A stretch of DNA of 64,000 bases from Armatimonadota bacterium (GCA_039679675.1 JBDKUN010000050.1:32001-96000), one strand, 5' to 3'; counted from the first letter of the stretch, positions 39,884 to 51,419 are shown. Program-made: numbers and translations. The notes: generated by a model from the letters alone, not told the origin.

Positions 39884-42800
39884 CTACTTCACAACTATCT
39901 CCACCTTACCGACGAGTCCCGACGGCCTCGGTGTAAATGTCAGCAGGTTCGATAGCGAGTTGGCTACCCTGATCTCGATTTCGTTCTCGCCGGACTTCAC
40001 GAAATCGGTTATATCGGCTTCCCACGGCTCCCAAGGAAGCACACCGGCGGACTTGCCGTTCACGATGACCTCCGCCATGTCGGCAGGCTTCTCCATTCTG
40101 AGCAAAACGCGGCCTTTCGGGTTATCGAGCGTCACTTTCTGCTTGTAGACCCCGATCCCCGAATAATACGGATACCCCTGTTCCGCCCAGGAGCCGGTCT
40201 TGATCTTTCCGGTCACCGGCGTGAACTTCAGGCTTCCCGGTTCCCCATGAAGCTCGAAGTCGCCAATGAGATACGCAGGGTTGGAAAGATGACCGGCATC
40301 CAGATGCCAGGTGTATGTCCGGATCTTGAGCACGTTTTTGCCCTTCTTAACGATACCGGTAACGTCGATCTCGCTGATCAGGTGATCGAGGTAGCTTCCT
40401 TCATCGAAATTCTCGAGAGGCTGGTCGTTCAGACTGATTTTAAGACGAATAGGCACGCTCCTCCGCCAGGTTTTCTCGATGAGCAGGCCATCTATCAGCA
40501 ACCGGGCATTTTTGAGCTCCATATCGCATTCGAATTCGGCTTCATAATCGTGCAGGCCGTTAATCCAGTTATCTCCATACTCAACGTTCGTCTTATAATG
40601 CCAATCGGCGATTGGAAAAGCGTTCCGTGTAAGAGTCGAGAACTCCCATTCGTCTTTTAGCTGGACAACCTGCTCTTTGCCTGAACTGACGGACTTTTTA
40701 CCGGGCTCCCATATCTCGGAAGGGGTAATGCTTATAAGATGCGACTCAGTCGGCTGGAAATCGAGCGTGAATTTTATCCGCTCGTCTTCGAACTCGTAAT
40801 CATCGATCAGTTTCGTCTCGCCGGTGATTGTATCCCAAAGCACCGGGACTCCGAGCGTGTTGAAACTGATAGCTGCCTTGTAGCTTTTCGTCTCGGACGT
40901 GTTCGCCATGAACAGGAAGTCAACATCTCCGCGCCTGTAGTGGCAGTGGACTATCTCAGGGATGTAAGGCTGGCTGCTGCCTTCGGCGCTGATCACCACA
41001 TCCGGCTCGATAAGGTTTCTGAGCGTGTTGGAGATAGCCGTTGTGACATCCGCTACCGGCTTTTCGGCAACGTCGGGGATCACCACTGAAAGGTCCTCAT
41101 CTTCGGCGGACGACTTTCTCTGTGCGAGCTTGCCGGACTGCCAGTCGTACTCCAGCCTGAACTGATCGGCCAGAAGTTCCGGCGTCATAAACCCGTCAGA
41201 CCAGTCGCTCGCGCCAGCTGTGACGAATGTCTTCGGCATGTCTCCGCATACTATTATGGGGTTGCCTTCTTCTATCGCCACACTGATGAAATGCGCCGTA
41301 TCTTCGAGAAGCGTGATGCAGCCGGGGACGATTATCGCCTTATACTGCTCCAGGCTATCCATATGCTCAAGGTCGGTCGGGTCCATACTCTCGATGATCG
41401 TCTCTTCCGGCAGGATATCGAAGTCGAACCCGGCTTGAAGCAGCGCCATGGTGACTCTGGTGAAGTTGTCGATTATCTCGCCCGTCCTGCCCCAGTCCGG
41501 GTTCATGGCTGTCCACATCGACCTGGTGGGATAGATAACGGCGATATCCGCCACATGTGTTCCGTTTGAGAGCGCAGCGCAGATTCTCGCGACATAATCT
41601 GCAAAAGTGTTGTAGTACGGCCAGAATGGGCACTGATAGAACTCACTCGGCGGGCACTCGTATTTTCTGCCCCCCTGGATAGAGTAATAGAACGCATGAG
41701 GCGCGAACAGATTGATGCCAAGCGCTATCTGCCAGTCGGTCAGCTTCTTCAGTGTGCGAAGGTCAATCTCCCATCCCTTGGCAACTCCGAATGCCTCGCT
41801 CATTACCCGCGGTTTCCCGTATATATGGGCAGCGGAGCTTGCCATCTTTGGGCCTATCAGGTTGTTCAGCGCGCCTTTATTATTTATCGACGGCCATGTT
41901 CCGTCCGTCAGGAAGTCCACGCCGCCGAAGTGCATATATTTCGCGCTCCTGAAGAAGTCCCCCTGGTGTTTGGCGGTGTTGTACATCTCGCCCTCGTATA
42001 ATACGTGGCCGATAAAGTTCAGCTTGCGTTCTTCGCACCAGTCATAGGTCTGCTTGAAGTATGCCTGCGAGTAAGCCTCCGTGGCTGCATCGTAAAAATC
42101 ACATCTAATCTGTGCGGTCGATGTTCCTGCATCCTTGAAGACCGCCGGAAGCGCGTTTATGATATCGTAGCCGTGCCTTTTGGCAAACTCGGCCGGAAGC
42201 ACGGGAGACCAGGGCGCGGCGATAGATTTGTTATAGTTCATCGAAGGTTCGTCGGTGAACATGCCTTCGACTGCCCCGCCGAAGTAACCGCTGAACCGGT
42301 CAGCATACTTTTCGTGGGTCATTTCGATAAATTTTGAAATGGCATCCTTCGAAAGTGAGTCGATGTACCCGTTGGCACAACCAAATTTCGTGAGGAATGT
42401 GCGGGTGAAGGCCATAACCTGCCAGCGTCCACCCTTCGGAGCTGTCCAGTCGAGGTCATACTCCTCCATATATTCCATAAGCGGAACGGCGGACTGTGGC
42501 AGCCCTTCCAGTTTGCCGTTCCGGCCGACCGGCACGGCTACCACGGCTATAAGCTCCTCTTTCGGGTCGATTTTCTCCTTCAAGCGCTTCCCGCCCTGAA
42601 CAGTCCACTCCTGCGTAAGAAAACAGCCGGACATCCTGAACTCAGGATACTTCTCTATCAGCTCGCCGTCCACCGGCCCGCTCGGCCAGTTGTTCTCGTC
42701 ATAGAGATAGGTCTTCATCCTGAGCTTATCTGCTTCCTTGATGCAGGTCTCGATCCGGTCCATATACTCATCGGAGAGGTACGGGGTGATCATCCCGTGG

Positions 42801-42961
42801 CGTGGGTGCAGAATTAACCCGCCGACTCCCTGCTGTTTCATCTCTCTGATCTGCCAGACCAACTCCGAATCTTTCATGTCATGGTTCAAAAACCAGAACG
42901 GCGCAACACGGTAGGTGTTCGACGGTTTTGCAAACTCTCTTTGCAGGCTTTCCATATCCAT
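39884..42961 (-). CDS. Glycoside hydrolase, GH106 (alpha-L-rhamnosidase)-like
   Basis: PFWFLN, LYDENNWPSG, FTDEP, MSEAFG and GYPYYSG. Confidence 0.8.
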   Translation of the reverse strand: MDMESLQREFAKPSNTYRVAPFWFLNHDMKDSELVWQIREMKQQGVGGLILHPRHGMITPYLSDEYMDRIETCIKEADKLRMKTYLYDENNWPSGPVDGELIEKYPEFRMSGCFLTQEWTVQGGKRLKEKIDPKEELIAVVAVPVGRNGKLEGLPQSAVPLMEYMEEYDLDWTAPKGGRWQVMAFTRTFLTKFGCANGYIDSLSKDAISKFIEMTHEKYADRFSGYFGGAVEGMFTDEPSMNYNKSIAAPWSPVLPAEFAKRHGYDIINALPAVFKDAGTSTAQIRCDFYDAATEAYSQAYFKQTYDWCEERKLNFIGHVLYEGEMYNTAKHQGDFFRSAKYMHFGGVDFLTDGTWPSINNKGALNNLIGPKMASSAAHIYGKPRVMSEAFGVAKGWEIDLRTLKKLTDWQIALGINLFAPHAFYYSIQGGRKYECPPSEFYQCPFWPYYNTFADYVARICAALSNGTHVADIAVIYPTRSMWTAMNPDWGRTGEIIDNFTRVTMALLQAGFDFDILPEETIIESMDPTDLEHMDSLEQYKAIIVPGCITLLEDTAHFISVAIEEGNPIIVCGDMPKTFVTAGASDWSDGFMTPELLADQFRLEYDWQSGKLAQRKSSAEDEDLSVVIPDVAEKPVADVTTAISNTLRNLIEPDVVISAEGSSQPYIPEIVHCHYRRGDVDFLFMANTSETKSYKAAISFNTLGVPVLWDTITGETKLIDDYEFEDERIKFTLDFQPTESHLISITPSEIWEPGKKSVSSGKEQVVQLKDEWEFSTLTRNAFPIADWHYKTNVEYGDNWINGLHDYEAEFECDMELKNARLLIDGLLIEKTWRRSVPIRLKISLNDQPLENFDEGSYLDHLISEIDVTGIVKKGKNVLKIRTYTWHLDAGHLSNPAYLIGDFELHGEPGSLKFTPVTGKIKTGSWAEQGYPYYSGIGVYKQKVTLDNPKGRVLLRMEKPADMAEVIVNGKSAGVLPWEPWEADITDFVKSGENEIEIRVANSLSNLLTFTPRPSGLVGKVEIVVK

Positions 42962-42986
42962 GTGTAGTGCTAGCTCCTTAACTAAA

Positions 42987-43044
42987 CTTTATTCGCGAAG
43001 CGAATAAAGTTCCCTTTTTAGCTTTATTCGCGGAGCGAATAAAG
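42987..43044. repeat. Tandem pair of palindromes ctttattcgc-gaa/gga-gcgaataaag
   Basis: Two hairpins about 11 bp apart upstream of the GH gene. Confidence 0.7.
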
Positions 43045-43142
43045 CTTTCCTAACCCGCACTATCTACTCTTGCGAGTCAGACTATAAACATACGGATTAT
43101 AGCTGGAAGAGCATGATGGGGTCAAGCACAATCGAGCTCTTT

Positions 43143-43490
43143 TTACGGCCGGGTCGGCGGCTGCCAGGGCCAGCGGCCTTCGAGTTCGACCTGCAGGGAT
43201 GTGCTGAGGAATGTTCGGATGATTACGATTACCCCAAGGACGGCGACATTGCCAAAAGTGGGTGCAACGACGACGGTGTGGATGATGTCGCCCGCAATCA
43301 GGAACTCAAGCCCAAGGAGTATGGCCCGCCCGATGTCCCGCCGGTAGGACTGATATGACACACCAGCCTGACCGTACCGCCGAAGCAGAAACCGGGCTGT
43401 GGCTATGAGCGTGCCTATGAAGATTACGATAACCCCCATGCCGTCGATTATAGTCCCTATATTGCCCATGGTTTCGTGATAAAAACTCAC
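43143..43490 (-). CDS. DUF1622 membrane protein
   Basis: GRAILLGLEFLIAGDII, IRTFLS and GRWPWQ. Confidence 0.88.
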   Translation of the reverse strand: MSFYHETMGNIGTIIDGMGVIVIFIGTLIATARFLLRRYGQAGVSYQSYRRDIGRAILLGLEFLIAGDIIHTVVVAPTFGNVAVLGVIVIIRTFLSTSLQVELEGRWPWQPPTRP

Positions 43491-43580
43491 ATCAGGACTC
43501 CCGCCGCCATTCTACGGCGAGTATACCCGGCAGGTTGATAGATTATGGATGCGGTGAGTTGTGGAGAAAATTGAAGCCGC

Positions 43581-43612
43581 CACAGGGCTCTCTGTTTTCT
43601 GAGAGCCCTGTG
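43581..43612. terminator. Hairpin downstream of clpB
   Basis: cacagggctctc-N8-gagagccctgtg. Confidence 0.65.
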
Positions 43613-43629
43613 CTACATATTGCAGAAGC

Positions 43630-46269
43630 TCAGACAGCCGCTGCGGTTTCCCCGGCTTTCTCGAAGACTATCTCGCCCGCGTCGTCTGTATCGACTGTAA
43701 TGAGGTCGCCTTCCCTAAACCGGCCTTCGATCAAAGCCAGTGCCAGCGGGTCTTGGATCTTCCTCTGTATCGCCCGCTTCAGCGGCCGCGCGCCGTATAC
43801 CGGATCGTAACCCTCATCCGCCAATTTGTCCTTTGCCTTGTCGGTTAGTTCTATCTCGATCTTCCGGTCTTCAAGCCGCTTCTTCAGCTGCTTCAGCTGA
43901 ATCTCGACGATTCTCTTGATGTCATCCTTCGAAAGCGAATTGAATATAATGATCTCATCGACACGGTTCAGGAACTCCGGCTTGAAGTGGGCTCGGAGAG
44001 CTTCCAGCACTGCCGTATGGGCTTCGTCTTCCTCCGCATTGCCTGTCACGCCGGTCCGCATGCTCTTGATTCTAGCTTCGCGGATAAGGTCGCTCCCGAT
44101 GTTCGACGTCATAATAATGACTGTGTTCTTGAAATCGACCGTCCTGCCCTGTCCGTCCGTCAAACGCCCATCGTCCAGTATCTGAAGCAGCGCGTTGAAC
44201 ACCTCCGGGTGGGCTTTTTCGATCTCATCGAAGAGCACCACCGAATAAGGCCGTCTTCGGACTGCCTCTGTGATCTGTCCGCCCTCTTCATAGCCGACGT
44301 ACCCGGGAGGAGCGCCGACGAGCCGCGCGACAGTGTGCCGCTCCTGATATTCTGACATATCGAGCCTTATCATCGCACGTTCATCATCGAACAGGAACTC
44401 CGCAAGCGCCCGTGCAAGCTCAGTCTTGCCCACACCGGTCGGGCCCATAAAGATAAAACTGCCTATGGGCCTGTTCGGGTCCTGAAGCCCTGCCCTTGCG
44501 CGGCGGACAGCGTTCGATACCGCCGTAATCGCCTCATCCTGGCCGATTACCCGGTCGTGGAGCCTGTCTTCCATCCGAATCAGCTTCTGGACTTCGCCTT
44601 CCAGCATTCTTGAGACCGGAATACCTGTCCATTTGGAGACTACCTCGGCGATGTCGTCCTCATCGACCTCTTCCTTCAGCATCTTATGGTCTTTCTGAAG
44701 CTCCTCCAGCCGGGAATTCTGCTCCTGAAGCTCTTTTTCAAGGTTTAGAAGAACTCCGTAACGCAGTTCCGCTGCTTTTCCGAGGTCACCGGCGCGTTCA
44801 GCAGTCTGCGAGTCCTGCTTCGCCTGCTCGATCTGTCCCTTTATCTCTCGAATCCGGCTGATGACATCCTTCTCGTTCTGCCAGTGCGCCTTCATCTCCG
44901 AAGACTGCTCGCGGAGGTCAGCCAGCTCCTGTTCGAGCTTGGCAAGCCGCTCCATCGACGCCTGGTCTGTCTCTTTTTTGAGTGCTTCACGCTCAATTTC
45001 GAGCTGCCGAATCCGCCGTTCAACCTCGTCTATCTCGGTCGGCATGCTGTCGATCTCAATCCTCAGCCTTGAAGCGGCCTCATCGATCAGGTCGATAGCC
45101 TTATCCGGCAGGAACCTGTCGGCAATGTACCTGTTCGAGAGTATTGCCGCCGCGACAATGGCCGAATCAGTGATCCTGACCCCGTGGTGGACCTCATATT
45201 TCTCCTTCAACCCACGCAGGATGGCTATAGTGTCGTCCACTGACGGCTCTCCAACGATAATCGGCTGGAACCTTCGCTCCAGTGCCGCATCTTTCTCGAT
45301 ATGCTTGTGGTACTCGTTCAAGGTAGTCGCGCCGACGGCTCGGAGCTCACCACGCGCAAGCATCGGTTTCAGCATGTTCGACGCATCGATTGCGCCTTCC
45401 GCCGCACCTGCCCCAACGATGGTATGAAGCTCGTCTATGAAGAGGATTATCTGCCCCTCAGCCTCTGCTATCTCACGCAGAACGGCTTTCAACCTGTCCT
45501 CGAACTCGCCGCGGTACTTAGCGCCGGCGACCATGCTGCCGATGTCAAGCGAGACGACCTTTTTGTTCTTCAGCCCTTCCGGCACGTCACCTGAGACGAT
45601 CCGCTGGGCAAGCCCTTCGACTATAGCCGTCTTGCCGACACCAGGCTCACCGATCAAGACCGGGTTGTTTTTCGTCCGGCGAGAAAGCACCTGGATCACC
45701 CGACGGATTTCGTCATCACGCCCGATAACAGGGTCGAGTTTGCCTTCCGCGGCGAGCTTGGTAAGGTCACGGCCGTATCTCTCCAGCGCCTGGTACTTCT
45801 CTTCCGGGTTCTGGTCCGTCACCCTCTGCCCGCCACGGACATCGGCAAGCGCCTTGTATATGGAATCTTTGGTCACACCTTGGCTCTTCAGGATTCGACC
45901 GGCCGCGCCGGTATCGCCCGTGATAGCGATCAACAGATGTTCGGTACTGACGTACTCGTCCTTCATCCGCTGGGCTTCCTGCCAGGCTTCGTCGAGTATG
46001 GTCTTCAGCCTCGGAGATATGTACTCACCGCCGCTCACCGCGCCGGATACTTTCGGTATTCGGTTCAGTTCTTCCTCGACCTGGCCTGCGACAAGCTCAG
46101 GACGGACTCCCAACTTCTGCATTATAGGTGCAACAACGCCGCCATCCTGCCGTACGAGCGCCAGAAGCAGGTGCTCGACATCTATCTGCTGATGGTTCTT
46201 CGCCTCCGCGAAGCCCTGCGCCTCTTGAATAGCTTCCTGTGCCTTGATTGTAAATTTGTCCAGTCTCAT
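43630..46269 (-). CDS. clpB: ATP-dependent chaperone ClpB
   Basis: Two AAA+ modules ([16 protein letters not shown]) and a long coiled-coil M domain. Confidence 0.98.
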   Translation of the reverse strand: MRLDKFTIKAQEAIQEAQGFAEAKNHQQIDVEHLLLALVRQDGGVVAPIMQKLGVRPELVAGQVEEELNRIPKVSGAVSGGEYISPRLKTILDEAWQEAQRMKDEYVSTEHLLIAITGDTGAAGRILKSQGVTKDSIYKALADVRGGQRVTDQNPEEKYQALERYGRDLTKLAAEGKLDPVIGRDDEIRRVIQVLSRRTKNNPVLIGEPGVGKTAIVEGLAQRIVSGDVPEGLKNKKVVSLDIGSMVAGAKYRGEFEDRLKAVLREIAEAEGQIILFIDELHTIVGAGAAEGAIDASNMLKPMLARGELRAVGATTLNEYHKHIEKDAALERRFQPIIVGEPSVDDTIAILRGLKEKYEVHHGVRITDSAIVAAAILSNRYIADRFLPDKAIDLIDEAASRLRIEIDSMPTEIDEVERRIRQLEIEREALKKETDQASMERLAKLEQELADLREQSSEMKAHWQNEKDVISRIREIKGQIEQAKQDSQTAERAGDLGKAAELRYGVLLNLEKELQEQNSRLEELQKDHKMLKEEVDEDDIAEVVSKWTGIPVSRMLEGEVQKLIRMEDRLHDRVIGQDEAITAVSNAVRRARAGLQDPNRPIGSFIFMGPTGVGKTELARALAEFLFDDERAMIRLDMSEYQERHTVARLVGAPPGYVGYEEGGQITEAVRRRPYSVVLFDEIEKAHPEVFNALLQILDDGRLTDGQGRTVDFKNTVIIMTSNIGSDLIREARIKSMRTGVTGNAEEDEAHTAVLEALRAHFKPEFLNRVDEIIIFNSLSKDDIKRIVEIQLKQLKKRLEDRKIEIELTDKAKDKLADEGYDPVYGARPLKRAIQRKIQDPLALALIEGRFREGDLITVDTDDAGEIVFEKAGETAAAV

Positions 46270-46333
46270 AGCCGTCTCTCCCTTATCCGGCGCTGTGCTG
46301 CGCCGCTGGAACTACCAGCTTTATGTTAAAAGC

Positions 46334-46363
46334 AGCATAACACTTGAGTGTATCATTGTCAAG
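46334..46363 (-). promoter_or_regulatory. Sigma70 promoter of clpB overlapped by a HAIR-like (HspR) operator
   Basis: TTGACA-17-TATGCT on the minus strand. CTTGAGT-N7-TGTCAAG at 46343-46363 versus consensus CTTGAGT-N7-ACTCAAG. Confidence 0.8.
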
Positions 46364-46509
46364 TAGATATTTCCATATTTGTTGGGTTTTGAAACATGGG
46401 GGATGGTAGGAACTTGGAAGACATAACTGTTTGGCTGGACTATAAATGATGATATCCAGCTTATTATACGAAAGGCCATGATTTGACTAGTCTATACTCG
46501 GGAGGTAGA

Positions 46510-48183
46510 ATGAATCACATTTTTGATAAGAGGTATCAATTGGTGGCTAAAATAGGCGTATTGAAAGTCGTGAAGAGGGTATTTTACGTTATATTTCTAG
46601 TCTTGATTTTGCTCACCAATTACCCAGCTTTTGCCAAGCAGCAACACACCACAACTACAAAACCATCTAGAGCTACCACTGCAAAACATGACAACTCGCG
46701 GCAGAGATTAGTTGATGCTCAGATAAAAGCTCAGACTGAATGTCTGAACGAACAGAGAAAACTCGCGGAAGAACAGCAAAAAGATGTTGCAGATGGAAGA
46801 GCGCCATTATTTGGGATACTACACATTCGGAAATTCGAAGCAAGTATATTAACTGGAATTGGCGCAATCCTCGCTGCTTTAGTTGCATTCCTTACTTTTA
46901 TTTTTACCTATCGTTCTTCCCGTCGTGATCAACGCAATACTCAGTTCTACGAAGCACTAAAACGCTTTGGGGATCAAGAAAGCCCTACACTTCGTACAAG
47001 TGCAGCCGGTTTGCTTGTTCAGATGGCTCAGCGCAAGGAGTGGTCATTATGGCCTTTGCCGCATCGGACAAGACCTTACTTTACCACGGCTCTTGAACAA
47101 CTTATGGCGGGGTTACAACTTGAGACTGATCCAGTTGTAATTGCGACTATCCAAAATGTTAGCCGTTCTATGGTTGAGATAGATGCTCAGGTGTCTATGC
47201 ATATTTTGCTACGAGTTAATAGACAACTGCAATACGATATGGTAGACATTCAGAATCAAGCGGTATCGCTGTGGAAAGATCAAAACTGGCAAATGGATGA
47301 TCTCTGGAACGAAGTCGCTCTTACTACAGGTTATTCTAAAGAGATATTGTATAACTTTTATACTCGTTATCATGCATTTCTAGGCATATTTCACTTGACG
47401 CTTGGATTATATCAAACAAAAAATAAACAACTACCACTTGTACCAGAGTTGCCTTCTACCATAGAAAAACGTTTATGTCAGCTTGGCGCAGCTATGAGAA
47501 TGAACGTTGCACTTATTATCGCCGCAACACAAACATGCGCATTAAATATTCCTAGCAAATGCGACATTGACACAATTTTCCTAGCAGAAGCTAATATAAC
47601 TACCTCTAGAATGTTAATCGGACTATGCACGCAGATGTTTATCGATAAGAATTTTGCGTCACGAGCCATTTCGGATTCAATTAAATCACTCCTCAGTGTA
47701 TATAGGAATCATTCGAAGCTTTCACAGTTTGTTTCACTTAGCAAACGCTTATGCTGTAAGGCTGGTGAGTTTCTGGGATTTGATTGGGGTGAACCAGATA
47801 ATATTCTTGTGGACTTGTTTATGAAAGAAAAATTTTTGCTAAAGTCCAATCTATGTCGAACATTTCTTGATGGAGCTGATCTAAGTCTCGCTCGCATGCC
47901 TAAAGCCAGTCTATCAGGAGCATCATTATACAGAACAATACTCTATGGCATACAGATTACAAAAAGAACAGATCTTTCCTTTGCTAACTGGTGGGATGGA
48001 GTGTTTATATCCGATCTTTCAGATGAACCAGATCTAGAGTTGCTAGAAATATTATATGGTCGTTATGGTAAATTTGTACCAGATGATCTTTCATCCTGCA
48101 CTGATGTGGTTCGCGATTTTATTGAGAAGAAACGCAAGGAAGATCCGATGCAAAAATTCATGAAGCGCTTTTTACGCCACTAA
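46510..48183 (+). CDS. Membrane protein with short pentapeptide-repeat region, AT-rich
   Basis: TM segments; SNLCRTFLDGADLSLARMPKASLSGASL; GGAGG RBS. Confidence 0.7.
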   Translation: MNHIFDKRYQLVAKIGVLKVVKRVFYVIFLVLILLTNYPAFAKQQHTTTTKPSRATTAKHDNSRQRLVDAQIKAQTECLNEQRKLAEEQQKDVADGRAPLFGILHIRKFEASILTGIGAILAALVAFLTFIFTYRSSRRDQRNTQFYEALKRFGDQESPTLRTSAAGLLVQMAQRKEWSLWPLPHRTRPYFTTALEQLMAGLQLETDPVVIATIQNVSRSMVEIDAQVSMHILLRVNRQLQYDMVDIQNQAVSLWKDQNWQMDDLWNEVALTTGYSKEILYNFYTRYHAFLGIFHLTLGLYQTKNKQLPLVPELPSTIEKRLCQLGAAMRMNVALIIAATQTCALNIPSKCDIDTIFLAEANITTSRMLIGLCTQMFIDKNFASRAISDSIKSLLSVYRNHSKLSQFVSLSKRLCCKAGEFLGFDWGEPDNILVDLFMKEKFLLKSNLCRTFLDGADLSLARMPKASLSGASLYRTILYGIQITKRTDLSFANWWDGVFISDLSDEPDLELLEILYGRYGKFVPDDLSSCTDVVRDFIEKKRKEDPMQKFMKRFLRH

Positions 48184-48247
48184 TATGAGGAGAAGGCGCT
48201 GAGACAGCTTCTCCAACGCCCTCTATTTAAAATCAAGCTGATTGCCC

Positions 48248-48454
48248 TCACATCGCCTGTCTGAGCTGGTCTTCGTATTCGCCGACACGGCCTTTAATTG
48301 CAACTGCAGCTTTGACGAGTGCATCTGCTGCCTGCCGCGACTTGTCAGCAATCTGCACCCTCATATCCGGCCCTGGGCTGGGGGTATAAAGCAAGGTCAC
48401 TGCAGCTCCAACTGCCGCTCCTATGAATATTCCAAGCAGAAAGTTTCTGTCCAT
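48248..48454 (-). CDS. YtxH-like protein
   Basis: FLLGIFIGAAVGAAVTLLYTP.PG..MR. Confidence 0.8.
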   Translation of the reverse strand: MDRNFLLGIFIGAAVGAAVTLLYTPSPGPDMRVQIADKSRQAADALVKAAVAIKGRVGEYEDQLRQAM

Positions 48455-48512
48455 TATCACCACTCCTGTCAAAAATCCATGCAGAGACGTTATACCCGTC
48501 CCTGTAGAATCT

Positions 48513-49823
48513 TCAAAAACCGAGTGTTTCAAGGACCAGAGGACTTACAGCAGGCGTATCTGGACCTATTTTGCAGGCTGAACTGACTGCTTCGGCTGCG
48601 GACTCGACACATGCGGCGTTATTGTATAGTAAAACAGCGACCTCTTCTCCTACCTCGACAGAATCTCCGGCCTTCTTCTTCAAGACCACACCAGATGACG
48701 GATCAATCGTATCTTCTTTTCTCTGTCTGCCTGCTCCAAGCATCCCGGCCGCGCGGCCTATGGCATAAGCATTGACCGATTGAATAAAACCTGATGAACC
48801 GGCAAGAATCGGGCGGCTGTATGCGACCTGCGGCAAGAGAGCCGGATCGTCAAGCACCCGCGTGTCGCCTCCCTGTGCCGATATTACCTCCCGGAACTTC
48901 TCAAGTGCCGCGCCGGATGCGATTAAGCCTTCAAGCCGTTCTTTCGCGGCCGCATGTGACTCTGATAAACCTGTAACTTCAAGTAAAAGCGCTCCGAGTT
49001 CGATGCATAGCTCGTGTAAATCGGACGGCCCTCCTCCCCGTAGAGTCTCTATTGATTCTGCAACCTCGATCGAGTTCCCTACGGCAAGCCCAAGCGGTTG
49101 TTCCATGCCGGTAATTGCCGCTATCGTCTTTCTTCCCATCATATTGCCGATCTCGATCATCGTCCGGGCGAGCTTGCGCGCGCTTTCGATGTCCTTCATG
49201 AACGCCCCGCTTCCGGCTTTCACGTCCAGAAGGATGGTACTCGCACCGCAGGCGATTTTCTTGCTCATGACGCTTGAAGCAATGAGCGAAATGCACTCGA
49301 CTGTTGCGGTTACATCCCTTAGTGCATAGATTTTCTTGTCAGCGGGAACCAAATTCCCTGTATGGCCCGCAAGGACGCAGCCGATACTCGCCGCCTGAGC
49401 TAAAAATTGTTCTTTGGTCAGTTGAGTTGAGAAGCCGGGGATGGATTCGAGCTTATCCAGCGTCCCGCCGGTTATTCCGAGTCCACGGCCGGACATTTTT
49501 GCCATGGTAAGCCCTGCACTTGCGAGGAGAGGCCCAAGGACGAGGGTAGTTTTGTCGCCCACCCCGCCTGTGCTGTGCTTGTCGATGGTGATACCAGGAA
49601 GGGTTGAGAGGTCGATTGTTTCGCCGGAAGCTATCATGGCTTCGGTGAGGGCGACGGTTTCATCAGGGTCGAGGCCATTTATGCAGACCGCCATAAGCCA
49701 TGCGGACATCTGGTAATCGGCAACTTCACCTGAGACATAAGCTTTGATGAACGAGCAGATCTCTTCAGGCGTATGCCTGCCGCCGGTGCGTTTTTTGGTC
49801 AAAAAATCCGAGGTCGGTATCAT
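48513..49823 (-). CDS. pdp: Pyrimidine-nucleoside phosphorylase
   Basis: DKHSTGGVGDKT, KMSGRGLG, ALRDVT and SVMSKK. Confidence 0.95.
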   Translation of the reverse strand: MIPTSDFLTKKRTGGRHTPEEICSFIKAYVSGEVADYQMSAWLMAVCINGLDPDETVALTEAMIASGETIDLSTLPGITIDKHSTGGVGDKTTLVLGPLLASAGLTMAKMSGRGLGITGGTLDKLESIPGFSTQLTKEQFLAQAASIGCVLAGHTGNLVPADKKIYALRDVTATVECISLIASSVMSKKIACGASTILLDVKAGSGAFMKDIESARKLARTMIEIGNMMGRKTIAAITGMEQPLGLAVGNSIEVAESIETLRGGGPSDLHELCIELGALLLEVTGLSESHAAAKERLEGLIASGAALEKFREVISAQGGDTRVLDDPALLPQVAYSRPILAGSSGFIQSVNAYAIGRAAGMLGAGRQRKEDTIDPSSGVVLKKKAGDSVEVGEEVAVLLYNNAACVESAAEAVSSACKIGPDTPAVSPLVLETLGF

Positions 49824-49900
49824 AATAACTATATAATACCGGCCTCAGAGATGAATTGCTATAGTGGTTTTGTGATGGATGAACCCTCAGCTATTTAATT

Positions 49901-50854
49901 TCACTCGGCTTTCGGAGCCACGGTGCCGGTCTCGCCGTTAAGCGCCCGTTCGATGGCTTTCTCAAGGTCTGCTCCCTTAGGATTGACGGACGCAATCCCG
50001 CCGTCCTTCCCTATAATGAACGTGTACGGTGTTTTCTTGAGATTGTATTTGGTTGAGATCTTGAGCTGTATACTGGGGTCATATATCTGAGGCCAGGATA
50101 TACTCTTGTGTTTCTCCAGGAATTTATCCAGCGTTTTTTGCTCTTTATCGAGGTCAACGCCGATAACGGCAACATTTTTATCCTTGAACTTATTGTACGC
50201 TACCGCAATATTCTTGGCTTCTTTTTTAGACTGCTTATTTGATGACGCCCAGAAGTTGAGTATTACGACCTTGCCCTTGTAGCTTCCAAGATCGATCTGA
50301 TTTCCATCAGCGGCTTTCTCATTGAAAACGGGTGCGGTATTGCCGGTCTCGACACCGACCGGCGGGCGTTTGAGCAAATCCTCGACTGCCACCGCAAGGT
50401 CATTTCCACGTAACTTAACAGCTGCAATATTGCCTTCCCTGTCGATCAGGTAAGTAGTCGGAATGAAACGTATTCCATATGGACGGGCAATCTTGTCCTG
50501 TCCGTCGAAGATCTGCGGCCATGCTATACCCTTATCCTTAACGAATGCCTCCAACTTGCTCTGTTCTCTGTCCAGGCTGATTCCGATTACAACGAGCCCC
50601 TGGTCTTTATACTTCTCATAAATTGCCTTAACATTAGGGATCTCACCTACACATGCATGACACCATGTGGCCCAAAAGTCGATCAGGACGACTTTGCCTT
50701 TATAGTTTTCCAGAGAAATCTGGTCTCCGTTGATCGCTGCTTTCTCCGAAAACGCCGGTGGGACATCACCGACCTTAAGCTCTGTCTGCGCTCCGGCCAA
50801 CGACACGGAAACAACCAACAGCGCGATAACAATACCAAGCCTTTTCAAATGCAT
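49901..50854 (-). CDS. Secreted TlpA/redoxin protein with two thioredoxin-like domains
   Basis: Signal peptide; domain 1 FWATWCHAC; domain 2 FWASSNKQS (no Cys). Confidence 0.88.
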   Translation of the reverse strand: MHLKRLGIVIALLVVSVSLAGAQTELKVGDVPPAFSEKAAINGDQISLENYKGKVVLIDFWATWCHACVGEIPNVKAIYEKYKDQGLVVIGISLDREQSKLEAFVKDKGIAWPQIFDGQDKIARPYGIRFIPTTYLIDREGNIAAVKLRGNDLAVAVEDLLKRPPVGVETGNTAPVFNEKAADGNQIDLGSYKGKVVILNFWASSNKQSKKEAKNIAVAYNKFKDKNVAVIGVDLDKEQKTLDKFLEKHKSISWPQIYDPSIQLKISTKYNLKKTPYTFIIGKDGGIASVNPKGADLEKAIERALNGETGTVAPKAE

Positions 50855-50941
50855 CTTTACCTCCAAAATACTACTGGTCAGGTGATATATTCGCGTCCTC
50901 AGCACCTATTCTAGCTCAAATCGTATCGACAGTCCAAATCC

Positions 50942-51418
50942 TTAAGGCCGGGAGTTATTCGGACTGGGGGCTGTTATCTGCCCAATCTTCACCGCAAGCT
51001 GCGCCGGTGTCCTCGCTGAAATGCTCTTTCCATCGATCCATACTTCAAGATGCAGGTGCGGGTCAGCCAGTTTTCGACCCACCCAACCGATGCATTCGCC
51101 TTCATGGACAACTGTCCCTAAGTTGATCTTCTCATGAATATGCAAATGCGCGTAGACGGTCGTCACACCCTTCCCGGCGACATAGATACCTGCCAATAGG
51201 CCCTCCCGGTCGGCTATACGGTTGATTCTGCCGCCATGCATGGCAAAAACTTGCTCACCGGCATTGGTAAAGATGTCCAGCCCGTCGCCGGTACCGGGCC
51301 TGCTGTACCCGAGCACTACGTTGTGTCCGGGTACGTCTGTTTTTCGATAAACGCTCCGCCCATGAAGAGTTTTGTTGTACCGATGGTTTACGATGCCGCC
51401 TTTTATCGGAGAGATCAT
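50942..51418 (-). CDS. M23 family peptidase (candidate endolysin)
   Basis: DGLDI, VFAMHGG, YAHL and PHLHLEV; no signal peptide; last gene of the cluster. Confidence 0.85.
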   Translation of the reverse strand: MISPIKGGIVNHRYNKTLHGRSVYRKTDVPGHNVVLGYSRPGTGDGLDIFTNAGEQVFAMHGGRINRIADREGLLAGIYVAGKGVTTVYAHLHIHEKINLGTVVHEGECIGWVGRKLADPHLHLEVWIDGKSISARTPAQLAVKIGQITAPSPNNSRP

Positions 51419-51419
51419 C

